A stretch of DNA of 63,947 bases, counting the filler, from Choristocarpus tenellus KU-1152 (Eukaryota > Protista > Phaeophyceae), in the NCBI GenBank assembly GCA_964200185.2. It is 11 parts of 11 records of this genome, joined end to end, with 100 filler letters (N's around TTAATTAATTAA, not from the genome) between each part and the next. Parts side by side here need not be neighbours in the genome. Positions count along the whole stretch, not along the records: positions 44,753 to 50,620 come from CAXNAD020009549.1; positions 50,721 to 55,856 come from CAXNAD020011760.1; positions 55,957 to 60,435 come from CAXNAD020014368.1; positions 60,536 to 63,947 come from CAXNAD020020215.1; 7 more parts are not named here. One strand, given 5' to 3'. The notes beneath the pieces were generated by a model that was given only the letters and a program-made list of their open reading frames with translations, did no database searches and was not told the DNA's origin. Both the position numbers and the translations under genes were made by a program. Below are positions 49,879 to 61,378 of this stretch, one piece after another (position 1 is the first letter of the stretch; each line of letters starts with the position of its first letter).

Positions 49879-50486
49879 TTGCAAACGGCTGTGGGCATTA
49901 CAGAGGACTATTTTTTGGCAATATTAGCGCTGTGCCTGTCAGGTCGTCCCAGTTTTCATTTTACATGTTTTGCCCCGTGTTGCAATGAACTTAGTCGCGT
50001 TACTGCCATGAACAGAATGATGTCTGCTCTCTATAATACGAGGTGCAAAACAACATTGATAAATGCTAACAAAATTAGTAAGTGTTAGAAGAAATCGCCC
50101 ACACACCAGTTGTTGGCGTAGCATTCCATCTCACTTTCTTCTAGCTCTAACAAAAAAGTAACTGTCTACCAATATATGACTGTCCAAGGCGTCTAAAACA
50201 GTGTAATCTCGAACCTCAGTGTTCTAAGGGTGCGTGTAAGAGCTTTTGTGGATGTGTATTTTGGTCTTGTGCTGGGCAACAAAGGGTGGGATTCGAGGGG
50301 AGAAGGTGCATGGCGCGTTGCTCATTTCCAGTACAGCACAGACAGCATGGCACGACTTAGCTTGTGCACACACCTTCTTGGAAGCCAGAAGCTGAACTTT
50401 CTGAAAATATTGTGGCAGTCTTGACATGACTCCCTCGATGTAGACTAATTCAGCCTCTCTAGACTCGCTAGACCAACCTTGATCTG
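46703..50486 (-). CDS. 3' part of a protein with a helical/coiled-coil region and a C-terminal SH3b-like domain
   Basis: Exons ~50483-50374 (DQGWSSESREAELVYIEGVMSRLPQYFQKVQLLASKK), 48642-48499 (VEALQRQSAELRQS..DPFREQ), 47493-47392 (GDLAYKVCYKGGVAIRSRPDVAAPSVGEVLEWGE), 46849-46703 (GIWASERMARIGEEEIYVRLRDGRGWVFEWRGNVKVLERVFNLPPPCP*). All joins are phase 0. The V.IRS.P..L..GE..W..V....GWV pattern is SH3b-like. Confidence 0.75.
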
Positions 50487-50620
50487 CTGTTGGCAATAGC
50501 TGGGGGGGGGGGGGCGTGTAGAAAGAGAATCTTGGAAGAAGACGGTACATCCTCGTCAAGGAACTTGGAAATTAGCCTTCAACGGAGTCTATTACAGTAA
50601 AATAAACACGAACCAACAAA

Positions 50621-50720
50621 NNNNNNNNNNNNNNNNNNNNNNNNNNNNNNNNNNNNNNNNNNNNTTAATTAATTAANNNNNNNNNNNNNNNNNNNNNNNN
50701 NNNNNNNNNNNNNNNNNNNN
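50621..50720. other. Artificial contig spacer
   Basis: Same pattern. Confidence 0.99.
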
Positions 50721-52158
50721 CCCCCCAGATACTTTGAGCCTACCCCTTGATGAACCCATGCCATTTAGCTGCGATCTGCAATGCAACACCTCCGCAAAGA
50801 AGTTGAGGGCAGGGAATGGAACTTGTGGGTTCCAACACTGTTGACTCGATTGATTGATTTGACACACAATCATTTCATGGATGAGAAAAAAGTTGGATTG
50901 AGGACTCTGTGTTTAGATACCAATCCCGATGTTTGGAGAGGATGTCTGTGAGATCAATCAGGTTGACCTAAGAAATGAAACAGGATGAGGGCAACGGGCG
51001 AAATGTCATTGCCGACGTAGGAAACTAAAACACGAGCCAGAGAGCACCTGTGAGTAGTATTTCAATTTCTCTCTTCTTTGTAACTGTCAGGGAGGAGCCA
51101 CGTTCCAATCGTTTTGCCTTTCGAAAGTCCTCGTGTACCGATATCTTTGTGCTAGTTGAACCGGTGAGACTATCTGTAGGTGTGCACATTATGTCAAAAT
51201 GTGTTATTTGCCTGTATTGTAACTGCAAAAGAGAGGACCTACAGGCCTGCCTAATGTGCAAAATAGTTCAATTAGGCGACCTATGCAGCAACATTGATAG
51301 TTCGGCACACAGTGGCTGGTACGGAAAGAGTCAACGGGTGTATAGTCGTTTTCTGTTGGTACGTCAAGCGCAAATGGCACAAAACTTCAAGGGGTGACTT
51401 GCTAGCTGTGCTGGCTGTTGGGCGCACCGTGGTAGTTATACAAAAATGATTGAATGGATCAAGGCCGATTTTTAGCTGTTCCACCTACCCAATGTGCACA
51501 AGATGCCAGCAAGGGACTTGAGCAGGAACCTTTGGCACTTAAGAAGGGAATCTGCTACGTTTTCCATCAACGGAGTTCAATATACTTTGAAGTGCGTCTC
51601 ACCGCAATTTTTTTCATGAATCACGGATTAGGAAGGCGTCTAACCCTAACCCTGCCTTCCGATGATGGAGAACCCATCGGTTCCCGTCAAGCAACAATAG
51701 CAATTAGACTCCTATTGGTTGGGAGGGTCTTCAATCGTGCTCTGTTTGTTTTTCTAACTGGATCTGTTTCTTTTCCAATAGGGGACTTGATTGAGCAGCA
51801 ACACCATTGGCCATTAGTCAAACAGTAGGAGGTTGGTACTTACAGGACAGGTAGATGGATCCAAGGACGATATTTAGTCATTTCGCTGACCCAGTGTGCA
51901 CAAGATACTAACTGGGGTGTTGCACTGGAGCATTGATGAATTGCGTTGCCCTTCTAGACTATCAATTTTCTCACCACAATCGAGAGCTAACACCTTCCAA
52001 CAACTACAGAACGCCATGAAGATCATCGACAATATTTCTTCAACGACAGATACAAAGACAGCTACAGGATTTGATACCATTTGAACATATCGGCACCTGG
52101 CTTCATCACGTAGTAGTCATTTTTGTACGTCTACAACCCCACTAGAAATGCGCCAGGC

Positions 52159-52412
52159 GAGTTAAGGTCTTAGAGGATACGATCTTTGCCCTGTTTGTCC
52201 ATTTGGGGCTTGACTTCCCATGGGTTCTTTTATTAAATTTTCCTACTCCAAAATGTTTAGGAGTAGGTAAAGTGTGTATGTTATGAAAAGGTGTGTCCAG
52301 AACACGGGATAGTGATACTTCCCAACAAACAACGCAATAGCCAAAATTACATCAAAATCGCAACATTGGATTTTCGGCCCAAAATGGACGCGGCTCTACC
52401 CTCTAAGATAAT
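52159..52412. mobile_element. MITE subtype B copy
   Basis: tcttagaggatacg at the left end and ggacgcggctctaccctctaagata at the right end. Confidence 0.78.
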
Positions 52413-52812
52413 CTTAATTAGGCACCCCTTTTTGTTTGCCTTTGAGAATTACCTATTTCTGGTCTTGTCTTTCATCCATTGAATAATTCTCACTAGTCAG
52501 TTCAAAGTATGATGCAATGGTAGTCGAAAGAGCAAAGTAGATATATATCTTATAATGTCGAGGAGAAGGAAACAAAACATGTATGGTACAAGACATACCC
52601 AAACTCGTGGTTAGGAAGGCAGTGCAAAGTTAAAGAGAACAAGAGATATAGGACCTACAATATTTACCAAAAGTCAGACCCACCAGTCAAATCCAGAAAG
52701 AGGAAAAAGTATATAGTAGGAAGAAAAGGGCAATTCAAGATCAGGTCCAGCTTGACAACAAACACATCTACATGCACTTACTTCAGAGCATCTAGGTTAA
52801 GTCCTACACCCA

Positions 52813-53303
52813 CTAGATACAACCTACTACCATCAACATCAGGAAGAAGTATCCTTGGCTAGGTAAGGACTCCAGTCCTCTTCCCCTCCAAAGAAGATTG
52901 AGGAACTCAGCAGACATCATTCCGCACGGTTGGTGACCAAGGTCACTTTCGTGTGACGGACTGTGGCTACTTCGACCTCGAAGTAGTATGCCAGGCGTCC
53001 GTGAAGTATTTTTCTTCATCCTGTAAACATCTGTGCTACCTGTTTGAATTTTCTCTGAATTTTAAGTGAAAACCCACTGATAGATAGATGGAGTGTCGAA
53101 AGATCTGAAGTCGTGTGAGGGCAGCACCGTTTATTTTTATCTGAATCTTCTTCCCCCCCCTTCGGTTTCTCAGGATGAAGTTGTCCAAGCATTATAGATT
53201 CCTGGGCAAGGAAGAAATCATCATCCATCCGCAACATGAAATCCTCCAAGTAGTAGCCTCGTTCCTCAGATGGTGACCTCAATGAGATTTTTTGTTTGAA
53301 CAT
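52813..53303 (-). CDS. Possible first exon(s) of a gene divergent from the 53587 gene
   Basis: ATG-initiated ORF 53303-53016 with a charged, coding-like first 58 codons. Splice pattern unresolved. Confidence 0.25.
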
Positions 53304-53586
53304 TTGACATAAATATGTAATCCCTCACAATATCTTTCTTTATGTATTACAACTTAATTGTCGAAGTGTTCAGTTCAAAACATGTTTTTTTGCTCTTCTT
53401 GTGGCGCTACAGAGTGCTTTTTAGAGGATGAAGGTATGGTCGTGTTGATAGAACATTGATCACGGGTTCTTCTTGGGACGGTGGGGAGGGGAGGGGGACT
53501 ACCAGCGTGAGGAACCTGCAGTGAGGGGGTGGTGCCTTGTGCCGCCAAGCGTAAAGTTTTGCGGCTGCGGAGGGACTCGACAAGGT

Positions 53587-54440
53587 ATGGGTCCTAGACC
53601 ACGGACGACCGCAAGATGCTATCAACACTTGTTGAGGTTGCAGCTGGTCGTCCTGCTGCTGGGCACGCTGCTCATCCCATCAGAGTCCAGAGCATCTTCT
53701 GGAGCAATCATACGGGATGTTGTCAGATCGACTGATGCTTGGAACCAGGTGAGCTGAGGTCCCAGTGGCGCCCCTTAGAGATGCGAATTCAAATATCGGG
53801 TTGACTGGGCTAGGCATGCCTTGGTGTCCTGCTTTGCAGTTTCTACTGTCTTACAGGCGGGCTTGCTTTTCCCAGGGCCATTGAGTGGGAGAAAGACTTG
53901 CAAGCGAGCTGGTAAAGTTACAAGTGCATGTGGTTGTTCATTTTACCTCCTTTCATGTCATTTTCCCTGTTACGTCGGGTTCCATACCTGGTAGATGTAC
54001 GGTCGTCGTACCAGCCATCTCGTGCCCTTTCAATTGCTACCTGTCACCCCATCTCTCTAAATATTATTTTGTGCCCCCTTCTGTTCAACCAAGGCTTCTC
54101 GATTGCGAGGTGGTGGGGACGACGGTGTCCTCCCTCGTATCAAGAGGACATTGCTGGAAAGTAGTGGTGGTGGCAAGGGACGACGTTGGACAAAGTCGGC
54201 ACCCCTGACGGATGGTAAGGTCAAACGACTGTCCTACCTTAAGAAGCGGGAAGAAAATGCCATGGAGGTACGACTAGGAGGGATGTTGAGGATAGACTCA
54301 AACTCTCACGTGTCGATGTATCATTGAGCAGTGGGATGGCGAGGGTACTCGTACCATTAGTGCTTTCTTTCATGTTTGTGCATCAGATGGACGTCAGGAC
54401 TGAACGTCGAAATGTTCACATAATATTGAGATCCAGGACT
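53587..54440 (+). CDS. 5' exons of a putative signal-peptide protein with an LRGG motif
   Basis: ATG 53587 MGPRPRTT..LLRLQLVVLLLGTLLIPSESRASS..WNQ|gtgagc. Phase-0 exon ~54094-54267 ASRLRGGGDDGVLPRIKR..KRLSYLKKREENAME|gtacga. Possible further exon ~54388-54444 MDVRTERRNVHIILRSRTG. No domain recognised. Confidence 0.5.
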
Positions 54441-55227
54441 GGTGTAAGGATTTGGATATTAGTGGGGAGCTTGTTCTTACTTCTGGTGCACCTTTTTGGC
54501 ACAGATAGCTATTTGAAGATGATGTGCCACTATTTTTTTGCATATTTCTATGTCTTCGAGACTGCAAAAAAAATTATGGAGCTCTGGGATCCAAGAGAGA
54601 TTGCGGGATTAGGCTTAAGATGGGAGTTTCTTGCTTGGATAAACGGAGTTATGACATTGACTTGACAAAATCGGAGGCTGAGTGAGGTACTACCTGGCTT
54701 AGTCCTTCGACCATCATAACTCATTGTGTGCACTCACTTCACTTCACTTCGGTCATCGGGCATGTAGCCATTAGATTCCTACTGACTGGACTATTATCCT
54801 CCAATCACTATTGGGGTTAGTCCTTTTATTCTCCTATCAGTAAAGAGAGTTGAGATAGTGGTTAGCCATTCTGGGGGTCAATTCCGCGACTTCTGTTTTT
54901 ATCGTATGTTGAAGTACCACAGGTAGGAAGGATGCGGATTGGTTATAATTTCGATTCCTTGTACCAATGCACAAGAATATACAACAGTCTTTTGTGGATA
55001 GGTGTCAGGCTGTATGAGGTGCTGACAATACAATGATGTGTGAGTAGGACATGGAAACCTACAGCTATAACTGTGACCCCTGTGATGGGTGCTAGCAACG
55101 TGAAGGATAGGAGTGTTGGGGTTTCTTCTTTACTATTTGGCAGCCACATAGCACAGTACAGTTGCAACTGTTCCCTCAATCCCTTTCCTTGGGCCCACCC
55201 AACACCCCCCTTTTACATCTGGAAAAG

Positions 55228-55290
55228 TGTGTACATTTTATCACAAATGTGTACATTTTATCACAAATGTGTACATTTTATCACAAATGT
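55228..55290. repeat. 20-bp tandem repeat x3
   Basis: tgtgtacattttatcacaaa repeated. Confidence 0.9.
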
Positions 55291-55856
55291 AAGCATAAAA
55301 TGTCGAACAAGAGTTCAATAAAGTCAGTGATACTGTTAGACCTTGTTGCGGGTACTATCATATATATATATATATATAACCTTGACAGTTCTCTGTGCCT
55401 TAGAAGGTTGATCTCCCAACAACCTGAAGTGCTATGTCCTATTAAGAAGAAAGGATGGAGATTGTGTGCTACCATACTAAATCTACACCTGTACTTCAAC
55501 ATATTTGCTGGGCTGTTTCACGTCCATAGAGCAATGCGCTTCAACCCAACCAGAAATGGAAATTCCTAGCTCTGAATCATAACCTAACTCATCTCCCCCT
55601 CCCCCGAAGAACATATTTTTGTGAGTATGGGACAAAGATGCCTTATGTGAACCATCTTTTTTTGTCTTCCTTTTGAACTGCTGCCTCGAAATCAGAGAAG
55701 AGGCAAGCGCAGGACTGTAGCAGCATGCCTGTTATCTCTTGTTGAAAACCTCTTTGAAACAAAAAAAACAAACACCTGAGTTAAGCTCAAGGACACCCTA
55801 CTACAGCACTGTCAGCGCGCTCCTCCGACCTCCCCCCCCTCCCCCCTCCCCCATAC

Positions 55857-55956
55857 NNNNNNNNNNNNNNNNNNNNNNNNNNNNNNNNNNNNNNNNNNNN
55901 TTAATTAATTAANNNNNNNNNNNNNNNNNNNNNNNNNNNNNNNNNNNNNNNNNNNN
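55857..55956. other. Artificial contig spacer
   Basis: Same pattern. Confidence 0.99.
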
Positions 55957-57027
55957 GAAAGGAGTGTTGACAAGTCCCCCTCCTCACTGTCTCCTCCCCT
56001 ATTCGACCAACTGCCAAGGTCGTAACGAGTCCACCCCATCCCACGACTTTTTTTTTTGAGGACTAACTCTGTTGACAAGGGCTCTGGGCAGCTACAAATC
56101 TTTTGGGGCGATCCTCTGGGCTTTCTTTGCCTTTCTTGACTTCGACTTTCGACTTTCAACCTTTGATCTCTCAACTACTCATCAACGTTGGCACTACGAC
56201 TCCGGAAACAGGAGGTAGAGCAGCACAGTTTCCAAGGAGTACACTTCAAATGAGACATTCCAGGGAAAACTACGGCATTGCACTGCTTGATGCAGGGAGA
56301 CCAGAGGTATGGCATTGCTTTGACTTTGACTGGGTAGCTAGATCTGATTGTTTTTGGTTTTGACCTACTTGCTGATTTGCCTTGAACGCGATCTAGGATC
56401 GCGTGAAGCTGACCTTGGTTAATTTTTTTGAGGTAATGAGTCTTTAACCTACAGGATCTATTCAGAAGGAAGATGGTTGCGTGTAGATGCCGTTCACTCT
56501 ATGCACCTATTGTATCTAAGAGAAAATCTGGGACCTAGGCTCCCCAAAATCTTCACATTCGGGGCAGGTCGAACATGACATCGGATCCGAAAAGGTCGAG
56601 GTGTACCCCTTGCCCTTGCAATTCACCAGTCAATGCAAGGATTTCATCTTGGCACGAATGATCTCCTCCTTCCGATATTGAGCAAGTGAGGACCGAAAAG
56701 CTGGGTGTCTTCCAGCCACACATGCCACGGCGGGACCAGGAGAGGCACAAGGTGTCACTAATTGCCGCGGAACCACTCAATGAATTTTTTCTCTGAAGTG
56801 TAGTGCGTCCAGCCCTGCATAATACTTTTCAGTTGCATCAGTCCTTACCATAAGTTGCTACCTATCGAGAACTCCTCTTTCCTCGATAGTGACCGTTGTA
56901 ACTTTTTCGAGGAAAGGTCCGAGGAAGGCACGTATTCCTCCCCCTTACTTAACGATGCTCCACCCAAGAGGGAACTCTCAGAGATAGTCCAGTGTAGCTT
57001 TAACCTTATTTTGTCCAAATAAACCAT
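55957..57027 (-). CDS. Possible spliced coding region, unidentified
   Basis: ORFs 57027-56845, 56780-56553 and 56174-contig edge, with plausible donors (tg|gtaagg, at|gtgaag). The first two can join in frame. No homology recognised. Confidence 0.25.
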
Positions 57028-58002
57028 CCATAGTGATGAAGAAGTTCTCTAATTGTACCCCAAATTCAATCTTCTCATCGTCGGAAGACCCACAAAATTT
57101 GTAGAGAAGCAGTCAAGGCATTACCATGATTCTCACACATTATGGACACGAGATTAAAGATCTACGCACCCCCTGGAGATAGACATCAACGCTACACAAA
57201 CGAGAATGAAAAAATGCCTTACTAGTTACACAAAATATAGTGACCACTTTGCAGTAGAGTAGTATGTAGTATTACGGTGCCTTTACCCCAAGCGTGACAA
57301 TGATCAAACGCCATACAAGTAATTGAGTACCAACAGTATTTTAGCTCAGGTCAGGGGTGTTACGTAGAAGCAAATAGCACAACCAACATGTTCACAACGA
57401 AATGGGGCGATTGAGCTGGAAGTATCTTGGTTGCTGTTGCCTTCGTCTGGACAAATGATAAGATTGATAAATGCAATCTCTCATCTTTGTGGGCTGTTTC
57501 TTGTGATACACGAGAGTTAGTTGATTGAAAATCACCACTATGTGCAAACAGGGTGTATCTTCTAGGGTCACACATTAATAGATTTTTCTTGCCTTTGTTC
57601 TTTTTATGAAATACTTACACATACGAGTACTTATATAACATACAACGACTTATATATACATAGGAGTACATTGAGATTGACCATTTGGCCACTGTTTGCA
57701 TAGTACAATCGGCATGGCCAGGTCAAGAGTCAGTATCAATAAGCTATGTATAAGAGGAGCACTTCCTAAGTTCAGTATGCCTTTGAGAAATGCCTGTTTA
57801 TCCCTCAAGATCCCTGCCCTAACATTAAAGTACGTATGAGCATGAAGGTGGTTTTACGTGTAGCTCTACTCCGCCAATTTTTCCAAGGAAGGCCTCCGCT
57901 TATAATGAAACCCCATCAATGTTACAAAACATGCTCCTGCAAGTCATGATTTCAACATTATTGTGATTCAATGTCCATACCCTGATATCCTGATATCTGC
58001 AG

Positions 58003-59804
58003 TTTGCAACATTTGGGTAAGGCGGGAGGGACAATTAGGAAAGACTTGAGTGCCTGGGATGGTTAGGGGTCTCATGAGGGTTGGGGAACTTCTGAGATCC
58101 TTGGCACTAGAGAGGGCTAGGGTTTTATATTTCTCAAGACTGCAGAGTTAATACGTCCTCATGACACACACACAGGGCAGAGTATCATCTGTTGACACAG
58201 TATATGAGAGTACAATTTATTACATCCAAAGTGTCTACTGTTTTGCTAGTTTATAGCAATAGTAGTAAATATAGTGAGGTGTCCATCATGGCTTTCCTTT
58301 CAGTGGATGTGGTCTACGCTATCCCTTACAAACACGAAATAGTGCGCTTTAAATGTTTGATGTGGTGATATCCCCCCCCTCCCCCCTCAAACTCTCCCCT
58401 CATCGTGGTTTTGAATGTGCTTACTGCTCAGCATAACAGGAGACAGAGGCGCCGGCTTATCGTGTCAGCATTTGCTTATCTGACCCTCTTTGCTGGCACC
58501 GCCTATGAGCTCTCCACCCAGGTGTGTCAGGGCGCTACAGAGCACTTCAGGCAAGGTTGTGAGTCTTCCTCCTGCTGTTCTCCTTGATCCCACTAGCAAT
58601 CTTGTAGCCAGCAATGTTGAGGTAATTTTCAACCGGTGTAGCTTCAGGACCCATGTGTTTGTTGTTCAAGGAGTACTACAGGGTGCCACGGGGTGATACC
58701 AGTATGTGAACCTGTCTGCTGTTCTGTTGGTAGCAATCTTTTTTGTGAAAGTTGAGGTAAACCTCAACTGGTTTGGGGATCAGGACGGTATGATGATTGT
58801 TCCACAGAGTGCTACAGAGCGCTACAGGCAAATCTGTGAGTCTTCTTCATGTTGTTTTCTCTGACATGAACGTTCTGCTACCAATCCTTTTTGGGTAGTA
58901 TTGGGGTAAACTCCAAGCAGTACGAGTTTTGGGTCTCTGTTGTTTGTTGCTCCACACAGAGCACTACAGAGCACTACAGAGCACGACACTTTATCAACTA
59001 CCTGTATGAGGAAGCCTATGGATCTGTTTTGATTTGCAATGATGTCCTGCTTCCAATCTCTGAAGTCAGAGTTGGGATAAGAATGGACTGGTGAAGGTTC
59101 AGGGGTGGTGTGCTTGTTGTTCCATGGGACACTACAGAGCAATAAAGAGTGCTACAGAGTGCTTGTAGCAATCACATATCTGTGTGATGGTGTTTCAGTT
59201 AGGGTTAGGGTCATGGTTATTGTGGAGTTGAGGCACCATACCTACCTGGAGTAATGTGTTAATGTTAGTGTGTAAGGCTTAGGGTAATATACATGCTTAC
59301 ATACACGCAGATAAAGCACAAGAATAAGCACATAGCCATGCACACACTACGTGTTCGTGATAGGATTAGGGATAGGTGTACTATTTGATACTATTTGATA
59401 CTATTTGATACTATTTGATACTATTTGATACCTTCTTGTGCAGACAGATACTCTCAACTGCCTCAGCCTGAATGCTATCAATATGGTGAGACGTACGGCT
59501 TGCGTGCTTGTGCCTTATGGCTAGGGTACTTCCTTACAGTCAATCGCTTGCTCCGGACAACCCAACCCACAGAACCTACAGGTCCCCTCCAACTCTCATC
59601 CCCACCCTCACCCTCGCCCTAACCCTAACCCTAACCCTAACCCTAATATCTCTCTTGTATTTGAAAAAAAAAGACGCTGAGCCACCATTTGATTGTTTCC
59701 CCTGAGCCTTGGATCGTGCACGGACTGTTTGGAGGGTTATCGGCATTGTTCTTCCTGCAAGCTGCCGCTAGACTGGTTCTTGCCATCTCCATTCGCTTGC
59801 CCAG
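58003..59804 (+). CDS. Internal exons of a multi-pass membrane protein
   Basis: Phase-consistent exons 58003-58016 (FATFG), 58440-58521 (RQRRRLIVSAFAYLTLFAGTAYELSTQ), 59444-59485 (TDTLNCLSLNAINM), 59674-59804 (TLSHHLIVSPEPWIVHGLFGGLSALFFLQAARLVLAISIRLP). Two hydrophobic helices. Confidence 0.65.
58533..59170. repeat. Degenerate intronic tandem repeat, about 4 units of ~140-170 bp
   Basis: Recurring ctacagagc(a/g)ctacag..tgtgagtcttc..gcaatc..gttgaggtaa..ttgttgttcca, with unit starts near 58533, 58674, 58810, 58960, 59130. Confidence 0.75.
59380..59431. repeat. 10-bp tandem repeat x5 immediately before a splice acceptor
   Basis: ctatttgata repeated. Confidence 0.92.
59617..59646. repeat. Interstitial telomere-like (CCCTAA)5
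   Basis: Five perfect copies preceded by degenerate ccctca/ccctcg. Confidence 0.9.
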
Positions 59805-60297
59805 GTGTGTTGAGAGGGAGAGAGGGAGAGAGGGAGAGAGAGAGAGAGGCAGAGGAAACTGATGCCCCAACTATTGCTTTTGGTAAGACACAGTAGATGC
59901 CTTGTCCTTGTGTGTGTTCTCTGTGTGTGTATGGGTGTATATTTATGTGTATGTATATGTATGTATGTATGTCTGTATGTATGTATTTATTTATGTATGT
60001 ACATATGTATGTGTATATGTATACATCTCTATCTATGCAAGTAGTATGCAGTATGCACACCTCCATGTCAATTCTTAGTTGTATCGTTAAAAAATAAATA
60101 TAATTTCAACACCAATAAAAAATAAAATTTGTAACACTATTGTGCTCTTCCTGTGCAGAGGTACTCTTACATTTTTTATTTCTATTGTAGTTTCTATCTA
60201 ATATTATTACCTCAAGTCTTAGACAGGAGGCATTTTTGTGTTGGTAAGGTTCAAAGTGTGACTGTGCAAGAAGCTGTCAATTGTGTATGTTGGGTTG

Positions 60298-60435
60298 TTT
60301 ATACAGATGGATTCTGATATATATATACCATAACATTTATACAGATGGATTCTGATATATATATACCATAACATTTATACAGATGGATTCTGATATATAT
60401 ATACCATAACATTTATACAGATGAATTATGATATA
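60298..60435. repeat. 38-bp minisatellite, 3+ copies, at contig end
   Basis: atacagatggattctgatatatatataccataacattt repeated. Confidence 0.95.
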
Positions 60436-60535
60436 NNNNNNNNNNNNNNNNNNNNNNNNNNNNNNNNNNNNNNNNNNNNTTAATTAATTAANNNNNNNNN
60501 NNNNNNNNNNNNNNNNNNNNNNNNNNNNNNNNNNN
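60436..60535. other. Artificial contig spacer
   Basis: Same pattern. Confidence 0.99.
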
Positions 60536-60944
60536 CCCCTCCCCCTCCTCTCCCTTCCCCCCCCTCGAGGACCTCACAAGGCGCCTTTGGAGGCGGTATT
60601 TCATCTTCTTTGTTTATAAAAGGGAAGTTGTCTGCCCCCTTCCTTCTCCTCCAGGACAAAACCCTTTTGTTACTGTTTTTTAATTTCTGAATGGTTCTAT
60701 TTCTGGATTTTTTTAATTGTATATATATATTATATATAGTAAGTAGCCTTGATACCTATCAAAGTGAATACTGTTGAGTTTTTTTTTTTTGAAGTACTTC
60801 TTTGAGGTGGTAGGACTTGATGCCTCACTTCAACTTACTGTTATCGTTAGTACTTTTATTTTTTATATTAGGTAGTACTGTACCAGTAACTCATGTATGT
60901 ACTGATCTTTTTTTTGTTTACCTTTCTGTTTGTTTGTTTTTAAG

Positions 60945-61112
60945 GCTCCCTACTACAGCTCGCAACCCACTCCTGGCCATCAACACCACATGTACCAGGG
61001 GCAGGGGCAGGGGCAGGGACAGCCTCCAGCCCCCAGTAGCACCCAACACCTCCGGTTTGACCCTCAGGGCAATCCAACATGGGGGAGTCAGCCATGGGGC
61101 AGGCAGCGTTAG
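60945..61112 (+). CDS. Terminal exon encoding a Q/G/P-rich low-complexity tail
   Basis: A strong T-rich acceptor (..ttttaag|) is followed by APYYSSQPTPGHQHHMYQGQGQGQGQPPAPSSTQHLRFDPQGNPTWGSQPWGRQR*. Confidence 0.55.
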   Translation, partial: APYYSSQPTPGHQHHMYQGQGQGQGQPPAPSSTQHLRFDPQGNPTWGSQPWGRQR

Positions 61113-61307
61113 CTGTTAATTACCCCCGGGGGGTGGGGGGGTTGCAGGTATGGAACAAGGTGGAAATCGGAGGAAGGTGGAAGGATAGGGGGGAGGGGGG
61201 GGGGGGGGGGGGGGGGGGGGTGGAATATTTTTTTTGAAAGTTTGTGTTTTTTTTTTCTTTTTGTGTAAAAAAAAAAAAAAAGTGTAGTTTTTCANNNNNN
61301 NNNNGGG

Positions 61308-61378
<71 letters not shown>

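Noticed and set aside
58533-60435. CRISPR-like repeat-spacer arrays
   Set aside because: Units are plain or degenerate tandem repeats without unique spacers, the context is eukaryotic intron, and no cas genes are present.
10381-60535. Regularly recurring TTAATTAATTAA within N runs as a biological repeat or array
   Set aside because: Identical 44N-12-44N geometry with stops in all six frames identifies it as an artificial concatenation linker.
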